Origin: an uncultured candidate division Zixibacteria bacterium
GTDB taxonomy: Bacteria; Zixibacteria; MSB-5A5; GN15; PGXB01
Length of the DNA stretch: 64,000 bases
Assembly (NCBI GenBank): GCA_963702205.1
Contig: OY969724.1
Span: forward strand, 3,616,001-3,680,000
Reading direction: 5' to 3'
The notes under the pieces are model-generated. The model worked only from the letters and a program-made list of their open reading frames with translations. It was not told where the DNA came from and did no database searches. The position numbers were made by a program, and so were the translations under genes. Shown here one piece after another: positions 63,247-64,000 of the stretch; the first letter of the stretch is position 1; each line of letters opens with the position of its first letter.

Positions 63247-63398
63247 GTAGGTTGGGTTCCGAAGCCCGATACTATCAGGACGAGAAACCCGACATTTTGA
63301 TTTATGACAAGATGTCGGGTTTTTCCGTCCCCCGACACTGTCGCGTGACTCCAGAACCCGACCTACAAAAAACTGCCGGGAAAGGGTTCCCGACGGCG
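63247..63398. repeat. REPIN-like doublet (family C) plus a GGGAAAGGGTTCCC palindrome
   Basis: GTAGGTTGGGTTCC..AAACCCGACA..TGTCGGGTTT..GAACCCGACCTAC; 63373-63398 matches 36922-36947. Confidence 0.72.
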
Positions 63399-63533
63399 CT
63401 TATCGGCCAACGGATTTTTCGAATATTCCCGCCCTCGCCCCGGTATATTCTGCAACAAAACGATAACAAATGAAATCTATTTGATGGACGGAATGATCTA
63501 TCTTATATTTTGAATGTAAAACAAGAAATCACC

Positions 63534-64000
63534 ATGGAAAAAACTGAACGCCCTGTAATCAGGATGCCGCTGACGCGGCTGGAGAAATTTTTCGAACTGG
63601 TTGCCGCGACCGGTCTGTTTATATCGGTTTTTCTCATTCTAAACTATTGGTCGGCCCTGCCCGATCAGGTCCCCAGCCACTTTGGCGTGAGCGGTCAGCC
63701 CGACAACTGGAGCGGCAAGAGTATCCTGATAATTTTGCCGGCGGTATCGGTCTTTATTTATGCCCTGATTACACTGCTGGGCCGTATACCGCAGTACGCC
63801 AATTATGTCGTCCGGATTACCGCTGAGAACGCCGAGCGTCAGTACCTCCTGGGCCGTCAGTTTTCGTCGATACTTAAGGCCGAAGTTATCTGGGTTTTCA
63901 CTCTGATTAACTGGGCGGCTATCGGTGTCGCGCTGGAACGCTGCCGGGGACTGGGCGTCTATTTTCTGCCGATATTTCTGACAATCGTTTTCGGATCGGT
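63534..64000 (+). CDS. DUF1648/SdpI-like membrane protein, 3'-truncated by the window edge (absent from the ORF track)
   Basis: Own translation MEKTERP..LPDQVPSHFGVSGQPDNWSGK..ITAENAERQY; no stop before the window end. Confidence 0.82.
   Translation, partial: MEKTERPVIRMPLTRLEKFFELVAATGLFISVFLILNYWSALPDQVPSHFGVSGQPDNWSGKSILIILPAVSVFIYALITLLGRIPQYANYVVRITAENAERQYLLGRQFSSILKAEVIWVFTLINWAAIGVALERCRGLGVYFLPIFLTIVFGS

Overview
Gene-dense chromosomal window of a diderm bacterium. Dockerin/cohesin-like and FlgD-Ig-tailed secreted proteins suggest Zixibacteria or a related FCB-associated lineage (inference). Housekeeping genes: nnr, lon, divergent ychF, nfo, dciA-gyrB, pth-rpsF-rpsR-DUF2232-rplI, larE, ECF sigma, glnA, rnhB-yraN, ispG. 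Envelope and accessory genes: two M16 peptidase pairs (one lacking the HxxEH motif in both subunits), an omptin, a PlpD-like patatin-POTRA-barrel protein, a GT39, a type IV minor-pilin cluster with duplicated pilW-like and large pilX-like genes, and AT-rich islets (LVIVD protein, DUF4365-TPR nuclease, cohesin/dockerin pair). Main non-coding observations: (1) a ~430-nt ORF-free, highly structured unit at 32022-32449 between a near-consensus sigma70 promoter and an intrinsic terminator, a candidate unannotated ncRNA; (2) a 153-bp MITE with 17-bp TIRs and a target duplication, inserted in a REP-like palindrome and carrying a REP doublet that also occurs TIR-free nearby; (3) several REP/REPIN-like palindrome families; (4) an S6:S18 leader. 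Five single-base frameshifts all fall in secreted or outer-membrane genes. No rRNA, tRNA, CRISPR array, integrase or transposase was seen. All family calls come from motif recognition only; no searches were run.
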